Of a stretch of 58,994 nucleotides of DNA, positions 45,038 to 54,716 are shown piece by piece. The translations under genes were made by a program, and so were the position numbers. The DNA comes from a virus. Its lineage: Duplodnaviria > Caudoviricetes. The notes below the pieces were generated by a model, which saw nothing but the letters and a program-made list of their open reading frames with translations, was not told the origin of the DNA and made no database searches. Position 1 is the stretch's first letter, and each line of letters starts with the position of its first letter. The stretch is taken from the IMG/VR virus record IMGVR_UViG_3300033151_000226, positions 1 to 58,994 of that record; one strand, given 5' to 3'.

Positions 45038-45381
45038 TAGCACTGATCCCGGCGTATGCACTCGATCGTCTTTTCATTCTTCTTGATCTGTTTGTTTATG
45101 AAATCAATTTGTGATTTCGTAAGGCCGCCACTTAACAGCTGGAAATCATAATCGGTATTCCGCTGTTCCAGATCAGCAATCCGCGTGTTCTTTTCCTTCG
45201 TGGCCTGGGTAGCAACGTGCTGATCCCGCCACTCGGCCGCTTCCGCGTCGAACTGGATAAGGCCATAGCCGGTAATGATGGAAGCAAGCATCCCGAACAC
45301 AAGTACAAGAGCACCGACGATAACCGTCACTGCCCGCGCCTTCTTCTCGCACTGCTCCCACCACTCCTTAACCATGGCCAT
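45037..45381 (-). CDS. Single-TM plus coiled-coil membrane protein
   Basis: 'AVTVIVGALVLVFGMLASIITGYGLI'; AAGGA upstream. Confidence 0.65.
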   Translation of the reverse strand: MAMVKEWWEQCEKKARAVTVIVGALVLVFGMLASIITGYGLIQFDAEAAEWRDQHVATQATKEKNTRIADLEQRNTDYDFQLLSGGLTKSQIDFINKQIKKNEKTIECIRRDQC

Positions 45382-45394
45382 ATTCCTTCTGGAT

Positions 45395-46075
45395 TTACCG
45401 CGAAACGGTACAGCTGAGTTTCGTTTTATTCCCGGCACTTGCGATCTCGGCCATGGCAAACTCATTGTCACCACTACCCAGGTCGATCGTACCAATGAAG
45501 TCAGCTGTCTTGCTGGCTGCGACAAGCCACGTTACGCCGTCCTCGGCTCTGACCAGAATGTTGACGGTTGCACCATCCCAACCAATACTCTTGCGAACAA
45601 CGGATATGCCCGATATGTCACCATCGAAGTCCAGATCGGCCCTAATATCAATATCAGTACCGGCGCCAGCAGTAATTTCCTCGATGTAAACACCATCAGC
45701 CGCACGATCAGTGCCTTCCTGGTCGCCAACAACCGGAGTTACGTTACCAGCAGTCTGACCCGTTATAGCGAAAGTAACTTCGTACACTTCACCATCCACC
45801 AATGCAACGGCCGGGGTCTGAGTGAGATCCGAATCGCCGGTCTGTGAAGCATCACTTGACGCAAGATCATTGGCAATCGTCCAGCCTGTGCCTTTGATCC
45901 AGTCCGTATCAGTGGCGAAAAGGCCATTGAGGACATAATTCACGCTATCAGTTATTACACCCCATACCTTTACGTGCAATTTACCTTCGTGCACTTCGAT
46001 AGTTCGTGCTCCAGCACCATCAACAATCTGGTCTTGAAGCAACCACTCAAAAAACTTCTGTCCAATCCTCGGCAT
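45395..46075 (-). CDS. Putative decoration protein with carbohydrate-binding-like insert
   Basis: GAGGA RBS; 'NG.F.TDTDW.KG.GW.I' module. Confidence 0.65.
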   Translation of the reverse strand: MPRIGQKFFEWLLQDQIVDGAGARTIEVHEGKLHVKVWGVITDSVNYVLNGLFATDTDWIKGTGWTIANDLASSDASQTGDSDLTQTPAVALVDGEVYEVTFAITGQTAGNVTPVVGDQEGTDRAADGVYIEEITAGAGTDIDIRADLDFDGDISGISVVRKSIGWDGATVNILVRAEDGVTWLVAASKTADFIGTIDLGSGDNEFAMAEIASAGNKTKLSCTVSR

Positions 46076-46096
46076 ATCATTATCCTCTCGTAGTTA

Positions 46097-46495
46097 CTAT
46101 TTCAATGCCGCCAGCTCTTGAAGCCGAACAGACAACTTGGCCTGCATCGTTGAAGGCTTCATTGCCTTTGACAGTTTGATATCGAGCTGCTTGCCAAACT
46201 TGACGAGCTCGTCCTTGTCCTCGGTGGACATAATCGCAGTCAAGAGATCCGAGCTTCCTGGGGTCTTGGCTGCGGGTTCATCAGCTGCCGGGGCTTCCAC
46301 CATGGGAGCTGCTTCTTTTGCGGCTACAGATACCTTCGCGGGCTCCGGGCCAGCTGCCGTTGCACATGGAACGAAGTACGGTTCCCCGTTTTCGTCTTTG
46401 CGTGCAAGTTTCGCTTCTGTGGCCACCATAACGCGGCCATTTCGTAAGTTAATCAGGTAGGGCAATGCGCCCTTGGGTGTTTTATTGCGTGACAT
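46097..46495 (-). CDS. Hypothetical capsid-adjacent protein
   Basis: A/P-rich linker and 'KDELVKFGKQLDIKL' helical C-terminus. Confidence 0.7.
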   Translation of the reverse strand: MSRNKTPKGALPYLINLRNGRVMVATEAKLARKDENGEPYFVPCATAAGPEPAKVSVAAKEAAPMVEAPAADEPAAKTPGSSDLLTAIMSTEDKDELVKFGKQLDIKLSKAMKPSTMQAKLSVRLQELAALK

Positions 46496-46529
46496 GCGTA
46501 GATCCTCTCATTGAATAAAACACCGATAT

Positions 46530-46554
46530 AAGAGAAAGCCCCCCGAAGGGGGCT
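46530..46554 (-). terminator. Intrinsic terminator after the capsid gene
   Basis: AGCCCCC-TTCG-GGGGGCT followed by TTCTCTT on the minus strand. Confidence 0.7.
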
Positions 46555-46570
46555 AACTCAGACTGGTCGC

Positions 46571-47491
46571 TTAGGTTTGTGCTGCGTACAACACGCCCAT
46601 AGCTTCTGGCTTGACTACCTTGTAGCCGTACACGTTCAGGCCGCGGAAAAGCGTACCGAAGGTGGTCGGGGAAGGCAGGCTTTCGTTCTTCACGAACTGA
46701 CCGGCAAAGGTCAAAGCCGTCTTGTGACCAAACAGGCAGCTGGTAACGTTCGTGCCGCCGTCGTTAGTTACCTCAAGCAAATTGCTGCGGTAAATCTCGT
46801 AGCGGTCGATCATACCAATACGGCCGTTGCGGAGGATGGAAGTGCCGTCGCCCGCGAGACTTGCGTCTTGCAGATCGGACTTCTTAATCATTCCGCACAT
46901 CCAGACTGGGAGTACCATCCAACGATCCGATTCAGGAACGTCTTGCTCATCGAGCACGGAACCAGTGTCAACGATGTAATCGAGAACATTGGTCTTGGAT
47001 ACAACTTCCCAGGCACCGGCCGCGCCAAGGTCAAACGATGCGGTGCGTACACCGGCCGTAGCCCCTGCGTTGCTGGCGTGAACATCGGCGTCGATATCAG
47101 CAAGGATTTCCGTATCAACGGTAATCTTCATCTGCTCGGCCGCGTCACTGGTCCAATCTTCGGTCATGCCGTAATCCGCTTGCTTGACGTCAACATCATC
47201 AGCTACGAACGCCCAATACTTGCCCTGGTCGATATTCAGGGAGATCTTGGTCGGAGTTGGCTGCTCGTAAGTGAGGGCCAATCCCTTCGTGTAGTTGTTG
47301 ATGGTGATATCCGGCGTGGTGCGGATCTCTACCTTATCACCGTAATCTGAGATTTCACCCTCGTAATCGGTGTTACTGATTGCCGGAATTACGCTGGCTT
47401 CATAAAACTTTACCAACAATTTACCGGACCATATTGTAGGGATTGTGATCCCTGACAGTTGGGGTGTTGCCCCGTCTACTGGAAAAGGCAT
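46571..47491 (-). CDS. Major capsid protein
   Basis: 'IPTIWSGKL..KFY', 'N.DYEGEI...GD.V.I', 'LDEQDVP...RW', 'RNG.IG.IDR', 'RGL.VYG.KV..PE'; follows the scaffold gene. Confidence 0.92.
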   Translation of the reverse strand: MPFPVDGATPQLSGITIPTIWSGKLLVKFYEASVIPAISNTDYEGEISDYGDKVEIRTTPDITINNYTKGLALTYEQPTPTKISLNIDQGKYWAFVADDVDVKQADYGMTEDWTSDAAEQMKITVDTEILADIDADVHASNAGATAGVRTASFDLGAAGAWEVVSKTNVLDYIVDTGSVLDEQDVPESDRWMVLPVWMCGMIKKSDLQDASLAGDGTSILRNGRIGMIDRYEIYRSNLLEVTNDGGTNVTSCLFGHKTALTFAGQFVKNESLPSPTTFGTLFRGLNVYGYKVVKPEAMGVLYAAQT

Positions 47492-47568
47492 TATCCTTAT
47501 CCTCCATGGTTGTAAATGACAATAGAGCCGTCACGCCAACACATTGAAGGTGCCTTCAACCGATAGAG

Positions 47569-48528
47569 TTACTTGCCTAAATTCACCCTATCGCTATTAA
47601 CAGCATCAATGTACAGGCGTTCCATACGCTCTGCTTCTTTGGTGTTGCCTTTGAACTTGCCGTTTGGATTGGCCCACTCCTTGTAAAACGCCTGAATGGT
47701 CGATTCGTTATATCGAACATCAGATGTATCTACAGGTTTGGCATTCCCACCGCCGTCTGCGGGCACCACATGACGTTGTTTTTCGGTATCAGGCTTTGCT
47801 CGTTCTTTGAACGCGGTAAGCTGGTTGATGATTGGCTTCGGATCTCCACGCTGAACCGCACGATCAACAATCTCTTGTCGTGTCACTCCCAGGTCCGGGA
47901 GTTCTTCATTCAAGAAGTTGATAAAGGCCGTGGTCGTGTCGATCTGTTCCCAGTCGGAGTGTGCCGCTTTGATCGAGTCAAAGAACACGTCGCGTTTGTC
48001 CGTCTGGTCACGTTTCGTCAGATCCTCAACCTTGTTGGTTAAGCTGTCGATTTTGTCCTGGGCCTTCTTATCCCGGCTCCGCATGAAGTCAGTAAACTCA
48101 GTACCGAACATTTCTTCGATATCAGCAGGAATCTCGTCCGTGCCTGATTCGGAATTGTTGGTAGTGGTTCCAGCTGCGATATCGTCTGGTTTGACGGTCT
48201 TCAACTGTCTAACTTCTTCTTGGAGCCTGGGGATCTCGGCGTTGTACTTGCCTTGAAGCGTACTGTATTGATGCTTGAGCGCGTTATTTTGCTCCTGCAA
48301 CAACTTGTACTCTTTCTCCCAGTCGAGCTTTGTATCATCATCTGGCTTGGCTGCTTCGGCCGGTTTCCCGGTTTCTTCTACCTCGCCAGCAGGCTTCCCA
48401 GTTTCCTCGATATCCGGGTTCGGGGTAATAATCCCACCATCCGGGTCAAGTCCCTGTTCTTCCTGTAAAGCCTTTATCGCGTCGTCAGACCGTTGGCCTG
48501 CTTCAATTACCTGTTTAGGTAAACCCAT
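47569..48528 (-). CDS. Scaffolding protein
   Basis: 'MGLP.QV', 'Y..LQGKYNAE.PRL', acidic coiled coil; AGGAG RBS. Confidence 0.8.
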   Translation of the reverse strand: MGLPKQVIEAGQRSDDAIKALQEEQGLDPDGGIITPNPDIEETGKPAGEVEETGKPAEAAKPDDDTKLDWEKEYKLLQEQNNALKHQYSTLQGKYNAEIPRLQEEVRQLKTVKPDDIAAGTTTNNSESGTDEIPADIEEMFGTEFTDFMRSRDKKAQDKIDSLTNKVEDLTKRDQTDKRDVFFDSIKAAHSDWEQIDTTTAFINFLNEELPDLGVTRQEIVDRAVQRGDPKPIINQLTAFKERAKPDTEKQRHVVPADGGGNAKPVDTSDVRYNESTIQAFYKEWANPNGKFKGNTKEAERMERLYIDAVNSDRVNLGK

Positions 48529-48739
48529 AACAATGTCTCTCCTGGCCGGTCGCTTGCGCGGTATCGGCACGTCATTTACGGAGTCGGTTAGTTCCGGTGT
48601 TCCGCTGGTAAAAACCTACTGCCTTCCATATCTTCATAGCAGTAGGTCCGAGTCACCAGCTGCGCGGCCGGTAGTATTCGGATCTACTGAGAAGGTAGAA
48701 AGTAGTAGGGCGTTTTGCTCCCTGGACGGAGATCCAGGG

Positions 48740-48991
48740 TTACAAACTTTGGCTCATGCGATTCACATGGCCTGACCGTTGTCGGTGTGCTTCTCGCGCA
48801 CCATCAACGGTTTTAATCAATTCAATAAATGCTTGTGCCCGGCCTTGGTGCCGAGCCGGGTTATCTTCTTCAATACACATTGCAATCGCTTCGGCCTGTT
48901 GCTTACGAACCAGATCCATGAATATCTCAAAGTCTTGGTTCTGCGACAACCGGGCGATCGCCATAAGTATCTTTTCGTCTTGGATCCTCAC
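48740..48991 (-). CDS. Small portal-adjacent protein (Bbp19-like)
   Basis: 'QGRAQ...EL' motif; position between portal and scaffold. Confidence 0.7.
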   Translation of the reverse strand: MRIQDEKILMAIARLSQNQDFEIFMDLVRKQQAEAIAMCIEEDNPARHQGRAQAFIELIKTVDGAREAHRQRSGHVNRMSQSL

Positions 48992-49410
48992 AGCACGGCT
49001 ACTGCTTTGTGCACCGCTTCTGCGATCTTCTTCCGTTTCGGCGTCAAGCCTGCTCGAATGTGCATTTCCTCACGCTTGAATATCTTTTTCATTTCACGAA
49101 CAGTCCTAACGCACGTCTTGGCCAGCTGTTCGGCAATCTGTGTGTCCTGGGCTTCGGTGAGCCCGGCTTCCATCTGGAAATCGAACACACGGCCATTCTC
49201 GCCGTCGAGACTTAAAAAGCCATGTACCACAAGGATACCTTTGGTTTGTGCCAGCGCATCTGCTTCCGCGGCCGTCGTAGGTATGTATGGCTTGATCTCT
49301 ATCGCCCGCAATACCTGTGCATCTTCTCGGAGTGCATCACGCACGGTTCTTTCAAGCTGGAGCTCGTAATCGTCCAGGCCCATACGGGCTATTTGTATCA
49401 ATCCACTCAT
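48988..49410 (-). CDS. Hypothetical protein
   Basis: Coupled at both ends by 4-nt overlaps. Confidence 0.65.
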   Translation of the reverse strand: MSGLIQIARMGLDDYELQLERTVRDALREDAQVLRAIEIKPYIPTTAAEADALAQTKGILVVHGFLSLDGENGRVFDFQMEAGLTEAQDTQIAEQLAKTCVRTVREMKKIFKREEMHIRAGLTPKRKKIAEAVHKAVAVL

Positions 49411-51440
49411 GCTGCCATTCCCGATACTGCTTCCTGCGGTTGCTGCGCGGGTTCCGTACCCGGCTGTTCGCCTTCTGGCGGTGGCGCCATGCTTTGTGAC
49501 ATAGCGGCCAGTAATAACTTGTCGTCGCTTGGTAACACCTTATCAACATTCACTGCATCGAGCCCACGCATTGAAGCGCGTAGCAGTTCGAGCCGTCCTT
49601 CCGGGCCCATGAGTTGAAAGTCCACCGGGTTATTGGTTGACGTGAGCATTTCATTGACGCGCATCTGTTGGGTTTCCCGGTGAATCAATGCCTGGGAAGC
49701 CTTCGCCACTACCTCAACGTCACCTTTCTCGGCAAACTCATCGTCATACAGCATGATCTCCCGGTGAGTGCGCTTGGTGCTACCAATGATTACGGAGTCC
49801 ACATTGCGGATAACCAGCTTGAACAGCCTGCTTGAAGCGTTCATCAGCATTGATAGGCCGCTGGCCGTGGATCCGGCGCCACTCATCTTGGTATCGCCGT
49901 ACTGGTACTTCGGTATGCCGGTGTACTCGTCGCTTAGTTGCGAGAAGAACTCGAACACGCCGATAAGCACCTGGGCGTGACTGTCCGGTTGATGGAAGCG
50001 TATGGCCGGGGATCCAGCTCCCTTCTTGTTCGCAGTGGTTTGAAAGATCTTCCATGGGTATATCTGCGTTACCTTCTCGCCGTCGGCCAGTCGGTCTACT
50101 TCCATTTCCACCAGTGGCCCGGATGATATGCCCATGTTGTTACTGATAGCGCGGGCCGCTGAATCACACATATCCTGTAGATCCGTCATTATCTCCGGTA
50201 CGCCCCGGCCCCAGGGCGAGTTGCGGATCCTTACGAATGAATCACTGTAGTAGGGACGTTCCCCCAGTGGATCATCATTGAGCGTGGCCCGAATAACAAA
50301 AGTACCAACCAGCCACACATTAGCTTCGTACCACTTCTCGTTGTCCTCGATCCCTTCCATGCCCCATTCTTTGAGCCATTTACCTTGGACCTTCACCCAA
50401 CATGAAAGCACGTCAATCAGGTTGCCTGAGTCGTACACGCTATCGTATGGACGGCCTTCGAGCGTGGATCTCTCCTGGTCGGCCCACAACCAATCACTGT
50501 GACCGGACCGGCCGTACTGGTCGATCGCCTTGCGGATCTCTGTCTCGTCAAAGCCGGGGATCCCAATCATTGAATAGAGTGAATCCGGGGCCATGCGGCG
50601 ACGGTGAATAAATGTTCCCTCTTGGAAAGATCGTGATTCTGGTGCCGGATAGCAATCGAATGGACTGACAGCTGAATACTTGCGCCTGGGTTCCTCGGTG
50701 ACTACGGCCTTCGCTGCGTTCGGCTTGGCTGGATCCTCGGCGCTTGCCCATGCCAGTTGCTTGGTCATGTTGATTTCCGGGCCCATAAGAACACCGGCCT
50801 TGAGTGTTATCAGATCCTCGATAACTTCTTCCATGGCTTCATACCAGCCACCCTGCTTGTATTCATCGTCAATGTGATCTTCCATGCGCTCGGCTTTCTT
50901 ATCCATTGAGTCTTTGGCTTTCTTGCGAACCATATCCTCGTACTGCTCGATACGGTCCCGGAGCTCGGCCGGAGTCGGCAAACCTGGCATGACCGCACGC
51001 ATTTCCTCGTATGCTTCTTTTGCGATCGCAGACTTGATATCTTCCGGCATTTCCGGGAGATCTGTAGATTCGGTACTGAATGGACGTTCGCCGGATCCAA
51101 ACAGAATGTCATGTAACACTGATTCGGCTGCCCGGCACTTCACGTCGGTAAGCATCATCTTGATCTCGGAGCCGCCACTATCCTTAATGGCCTGTAACTT
51201 GTTCGCGGTGTACCGGCCCTCACGTTGACGCAATGAATCAAGCATTTCACGCTCGATCGGTTGCTTCGCATCCCGGCACCTTACCCATTCAGTTCGGCAA
51301 AACCCGGCCAGATTACTTATGACGGGTGATTTGCCGTCCTCATGCTCCTGGTTCTCCTGGGCAACCTGGCGATCTTCTGCCATGAGCTGCTCATTCGTCG
51401 TGAAGCCGATCATTCCGGCTGAGTTCGCTATTCCTGCCAT
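49407..51440 (-). CDS. Portal protein
   Basis: 677 aa after TerL; 'VSPFD.YP.P', 'WGRGVPE', 'TASGLSMLM..S'. Confidence 0.92.
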   Translation of the reverse strand: MAGIANSAGMIGFTTNEQLMAEDRQVAQENQEHEDGKSPVISNLAGFCRTEWVRCRDAKQPIEREMLDSLRQREGRYTANKLQAIKDSGGSEIKMMLTDVKCRAAESVLHDILFGSGERPFSTESTDLPEMPEDIKSAIAKEAYEEMRAVMPGLPTPAELRDRIEQYEDMVRKKAKDSMDKKAERMEDHIDDEYKQGGWYEAMEEVIEDLITLKAGVLMGPEINMTKQLAWASAEDPAKPNAAKAVVTEEPRRKYSAVSPFDCYPAPESRSFQEGTFIHRRRMAPDSLYSMIGIPGFDETEIRKAIDQYGRSGHSDWLWADQERSTLEGRPYDSVYDSGNLIDVLSCWVKVQGKWLKEWGMEGIEDNEKWYEANVWLVGTFVIRATLNDDPLGERPYYSDSFVRIRNSPWGRGVPEIMTDLQDMCDSAARAISNNMGISSGPLVEMEVDRLADGEKVTQIYPWKIFQTTANKKGAGSPAIRFHQPDSHAQVLIGVFEFFSQLSDEYTGIPKYQYGDTKMSGAGSTASGLSMLMNASSRLFKLVIRNVDSVIIGSTKRTHREIMLYDDEFAEKGDVEVVAKASQALIHRETQQMRVNEMLTSTNNPVDFQLMGPEGRLELLRASMRGLDAVNVDKVLPSDDKLLLAAMSQSMAPPPEGEQPGTEPAQQPQEAVSGMAA

Positions 51441-51442
51441 GG

Positions 51443-52930
51443 TTAGTATCCTGCTGCTGCTGCTGGCGCCTTCTCAACCGGCCGGGCCTTGGCTTTGTGC
51501 ACAACCTTCGTCGTGCCATGCCTTGCCAGATCCGCGAGATACTGAGCCCCGTCATGTGGGTGGCTGTACCTGTTCTTCATAGGTATGTCCTTATAGCGGG
51601 CTTCGCCTGCTAACTCCATTCGTTCGTATTGATAGCCACCGAGAAAGCCTTTCCGCAATACCCGGCACTGTCGGTCCATGATGAAACCCGGCTCACCGTC
51701 GACCATGGCTTCCAGGAAGTATTCGATGTTGCCAAGCCGGAACGCTATCACGTTGCTGCCTGCCGGTTCAGCTGGCATACCCTCCTGACCCATAACGTCG
51801 AATACCGATTCCTCATTATCGTTGAGTGTGACCCCGGAAGGATCTCCCCACACCATGATTGATTCAACTCCTGGGTACTTCTCGGCAAGGTGCGGTCGTA
51901 GCACAGAGCGCGTGAACTTACGCATACCCATGCCCTTGCCTTCGGTATCCACTACAACTTCGTCAAGGATCCGCAGTTGTCCCCTGGGTGACAGCTGGCC
52001 AATGATCGCGGCCGGTGTCCTACCAAAGTCTACGCCGATCAATAACGGGATCCCTTTGTAAACCACCAAACGCTCTGCACTTGAATGGATCGTATCATTG
52101 TATCCAGGGTAGCAAGGCCGCCCGGCGTGACTGGATCCATACTTTCCAAGTATGAAGTTGGCTATCCACTCGGTTGACTTACCCGCTACCTGACGCATCC
52201 AGTACGTGTAGCCAAGCGGTTGATGCTTGACGTTCTCACACCTTGGGTTCGGCAAATACACGTTGCCGTCGTCTGTTTCGATCTTGAGCAAGGCCGGTGG
52301 TTGCTTGAACAACACGTAATCGTCCGGCCTTTCTTCCTCGAATAGCTTGTACCACCAGTGATCGTCGTCCGGGGGGTTCGTATCCATGGTCACACATGAT
52401 CTTGTTGGCCCGCCGTCCTTCTTGGCCGGGTAACGTCCAACTCTGCCGGTGCCCATATCGAGCACGTCCTTCGGCACTTCCTTCGCTTCATTGATCCAAA
52501 GCGTAGTCAACTCCAGGGAGAGCAACTTCTTAACGTCCTTCGGCTTATCCATGGCCAGAAAGATAAACTCCATGCGATACGCATCAATGCCGCGCTCTTT
52601 GTCGCTTGCGTCACCTTCCAGTTCTATTACGGCTTCAATCGGGGATCCAAACGTAATGTTTGAGATCTGACCAAACCAATCCTGAAATGATTTGATCGTT
52701 GTCGATTTCAGTTCCGGGTAGGTATTACGCACTACACCATGGCGGCTGCGGGAGATCCCGTCCGGCCCTGGTTCTTGTTCAAGGCCAATCTTGAACTGAT
52801 CCTGAATACACCCTACTGACTTGCCGGACCCGATCGGACCCATGACCCCGCGCACAAAGCACTGTGAATTATGGAAAGCCGATAGTGTGGGTTCAGCTTC
52901 GTATCCAATGTCAATACGCGCCTGTTCCAT
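51443..52930 (-). CDS. terL: Terminase large subunit
   Basis: Walker A 'GPIGSGKS', 'RNTYPEL', 'WINEA', 'DTNPP', nuclease 'GVDFGRTPA', 'SHPHD..QY'. Confidence 0.97.
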   Translation of the reverse strand: MEQARIDIGYEAEPTLSAFHNSQCFVRGVMGPIGSGKSVGCIQDQFKIGLEQEPGPDGISRSRHGVVRNTYPELKSTTIKSFQDWFGQISNITFGSPIEAVIELEGDASDKERGIDAYRMEFIFLAMDKPKDVKKLLSLELTTLWINEAKEVPKDVLDMGTGRVGRYPAKKDGGPTRSCVTMDTNPPDDDHWWYKLFEEERPDDYVLFKQPPALLKIETDDGNVYLPNPRCENVKHQPLGYTYWMRQVAGKSTEWIANFILGKYGSSHAGRPCYPGYNDTIHSSAERLVVYKGIPLLIGVDFGRTPAAIIGQLSPRGQLRILDEVVVDTEGKGMGMRKFTRSVLRPHLAEKYPGVESIMVWGDPSGVTLNDNEESVFDVMGQEGMPAEPAGSNVIAFRLGNIEYFLEAMVDGEPGFIMDRQCRVLRKGFLGGYQYERMELAGEARYKDIPMKNRYSHPHDGAQYLADLARHGTTKVVHKAKARPVEKAPAAAAGY

Positions 52931-53496
52931 TACTCTGCGGCGTCCACGGTTACGCCCTGTGGAAGCTGCCTACCATCCGGGGGGCCATAGTTCATCGTGA
53001 TATGAACACCGCCCGGCGTTGTCGTTGAAGTGTCGTTATACAGGCCCAGGTGCTTGAATAGCATATCCAAGGATGCACGCTTATCAACGAGCCGGATCTT
53101 GTGTACGTGTTCTACTTCCCGATTGCCGTCCTCGTCTGTCTCGCCAGTGGCCCGGACCACAACTTCAACTGACTGCACGGCTGCGGCAATAGCGTCCGGT
53201 AATGAACGGATATCAATCAGCTGGCCTGCTTCGGTGAACAACTCCCGGATATCAGCGAAGCTCATGTACTGGCATTGTCGAAGCACGCTCTCGGCTGTAA
53301 CGCCTGTCTCCTTGGCCCTTGCATCCATGGCCTTTTTAAGAGCCACCTGGATTACAAGTTTTGACAAGTTCTGTGGACCAATGCGATTAGCTGTCTTTTT
53401 ACTATACCCGGCCCTTATCGCCGCCTGAGTTGCACACAGATCCACAAGGTACTCTTGAACGAAGGCCGCTTGTTTGGGTGTTAGTTTGCTATTCAT
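52930..53496 (-). CDS. terS: Terminase small subunit
   Basis: 'LTPKQAAFVQEYLVD..ATQAAIRAGYS.KTA', 'L..L.KHLG'. Confidence 0.97.
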   Translation of the reverse strand: MNSKLTPKQAAFVQEYLVDLCATQAAIRAGYSKKTANRIGPQNLSKLVIQVALKKAMDARAKETGVTAESVLRQCQYMSFADIRELFTEAGQLIDIRSLPDAIAAAVQSVEVVVRATGETDEDGNREVEHVHKIRLVDKRASLDMLFKHLGLYNDTSTTTPGGVHITMNYGPPDGRQLPQGVTVDAAE

Positions 53497-54716
53497 GGCG
53501 CGGCTATAACAACCGAAGCATACCCGTCATAGCCTGACGTTCCGAACAGTGGGCTAAATGGCCCAACATTACCATCCGCGGATAACAACCTGTACCCCAT
53601 CATCATGCTTGTCCAGTTTGGCACGTTTATTACTGAATTCGCTAAATCCAATCCAGTTACGCCAGCACTCATATCCAATGGTGGGTTCTTGAAGGTGCTA
53701 AAAGCCATTCCGACATAGACGCCACCATTCACGCCTGTCCGGGCCGGGATTGGTGGTGCCGACGAGCTTCCCGCATCAGCAACCAAGGAGGTGTTCGTGA
53801 ACGATGCGGCTATCGCAGACAGTCCGTTACCACTCCGGGACAGTGTAAATGTGTATGTTTCTGGCTCGTCACTTGATGCAACCTTAGTAAGAATGTAGCA
53901 CCTTGATTCAGCCAATCCTGTAGCGCGGCTTACGTCTGCCGTAAATGGATCATGGGCACTTACAATACAGTTTCTTGTCACTATGCCAATGACAATCATA
54001 TCGCCCTCGTTGGTGGGCGGCATATTTATAACCGCAGTCAACCCGTTGGTTACTAATGATATTACACTACCAATATAGAACCCCTTGCTGGTCTGCGGCC
54101 TGCCTGGATCGTAAGGGCCGCTACCAACAAGACTTTTGAAACTGTACTGCAACCGATTATGGATATTCATTCCAACGGTGTCGAGCCAACCAGGGGGGCC
54201 GTCTACAGGCCACTCCCAAAGCGGCCACTCAACCTCATACCTGTCTCTTTGTTCGCGGTAGTACAGATTGTCACCGCGCAAATAAACAATATGAATGTCG
54301 GATTGGCTAACCAATGCAAAACGCTTATCGTCCATGCAGCATCGGGGATTAACCACGTCTGCTGCCATTTGTTGATGAACGTACCCTGGGAGGGTCGGAT
54401 CATACCAATAATAATAGGCTTGCTCATTGACCACATAAACAACAAAAGGATCCATGTTTTGATCGAAGGCTATACTTGCTTCGGTTATTCCAGCAAGCGT
54501 GAATAGTGTTGTTGGTGCACCTGTCGTTTGGGGGGTTACGATTATATCATCGTTACTGTAGCTCAGGATCCACTCTTGTACTTGTAGCCCTTGTGACGGG
54601 TCATTCAGGGCCACTCCACCCAGTTCGTAATCTTTCACGCCGGATCTTTCCTTTCCATCAGGAAAAAGAAAGTCCCCGGATATTACTGTACTGGATAATT
54701 TCGGTGACGGCATCAT
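53493..54716 (-). CDS. Tail/fibre-type structural protein
   Basis: 'DYE.GG..LNDPSQGL', 'AFDQNM.P', 'YWYD', 'R.QRDRY'. Confidence 0.65.
   Translation of the reverse strand: MMPSPKLSSTVISGDFLFPDGKERSGVKDYELGGVALNDPSQGLQVQEWILSYSNDDIIVTPQTTGAPTTLFTLAGITEASIAFDQNMDPFVVYVVNEQAYYYWYDPTLPGYVHQQMAADVVNPRCCMDDKRFALVSQSDIHIVYLRGDNLYYREQRDRYEVEWPLWEWPVDGPPGWLDTVGMNIHNRLQYSFKSLVGSGPYDPGRPQTSKGFYIGSVISLVTNGLTAVINMPPTNEGDMIVIGIVTRNCIVSAHDPFTADVSRATGLAESRCYILTKVASSDEPETYTFTLSRSGNGLSAIAASFTNTSLVADAGSSSAPPIPARTGVNGGVYVGMAFSTFKNPPLDMSAGVTGLDLANSVINVPNWTSMMMGYRLLSADGNVGPFSPLFGTSGYDGYASVVIAAP

Noticed and set aside
43138-47350. Plus-strand ORFs 43138..43950 and 46577..47350
   Set aside because: Antisense to well-supported structural genes; typical of high-GC3 coding DNA
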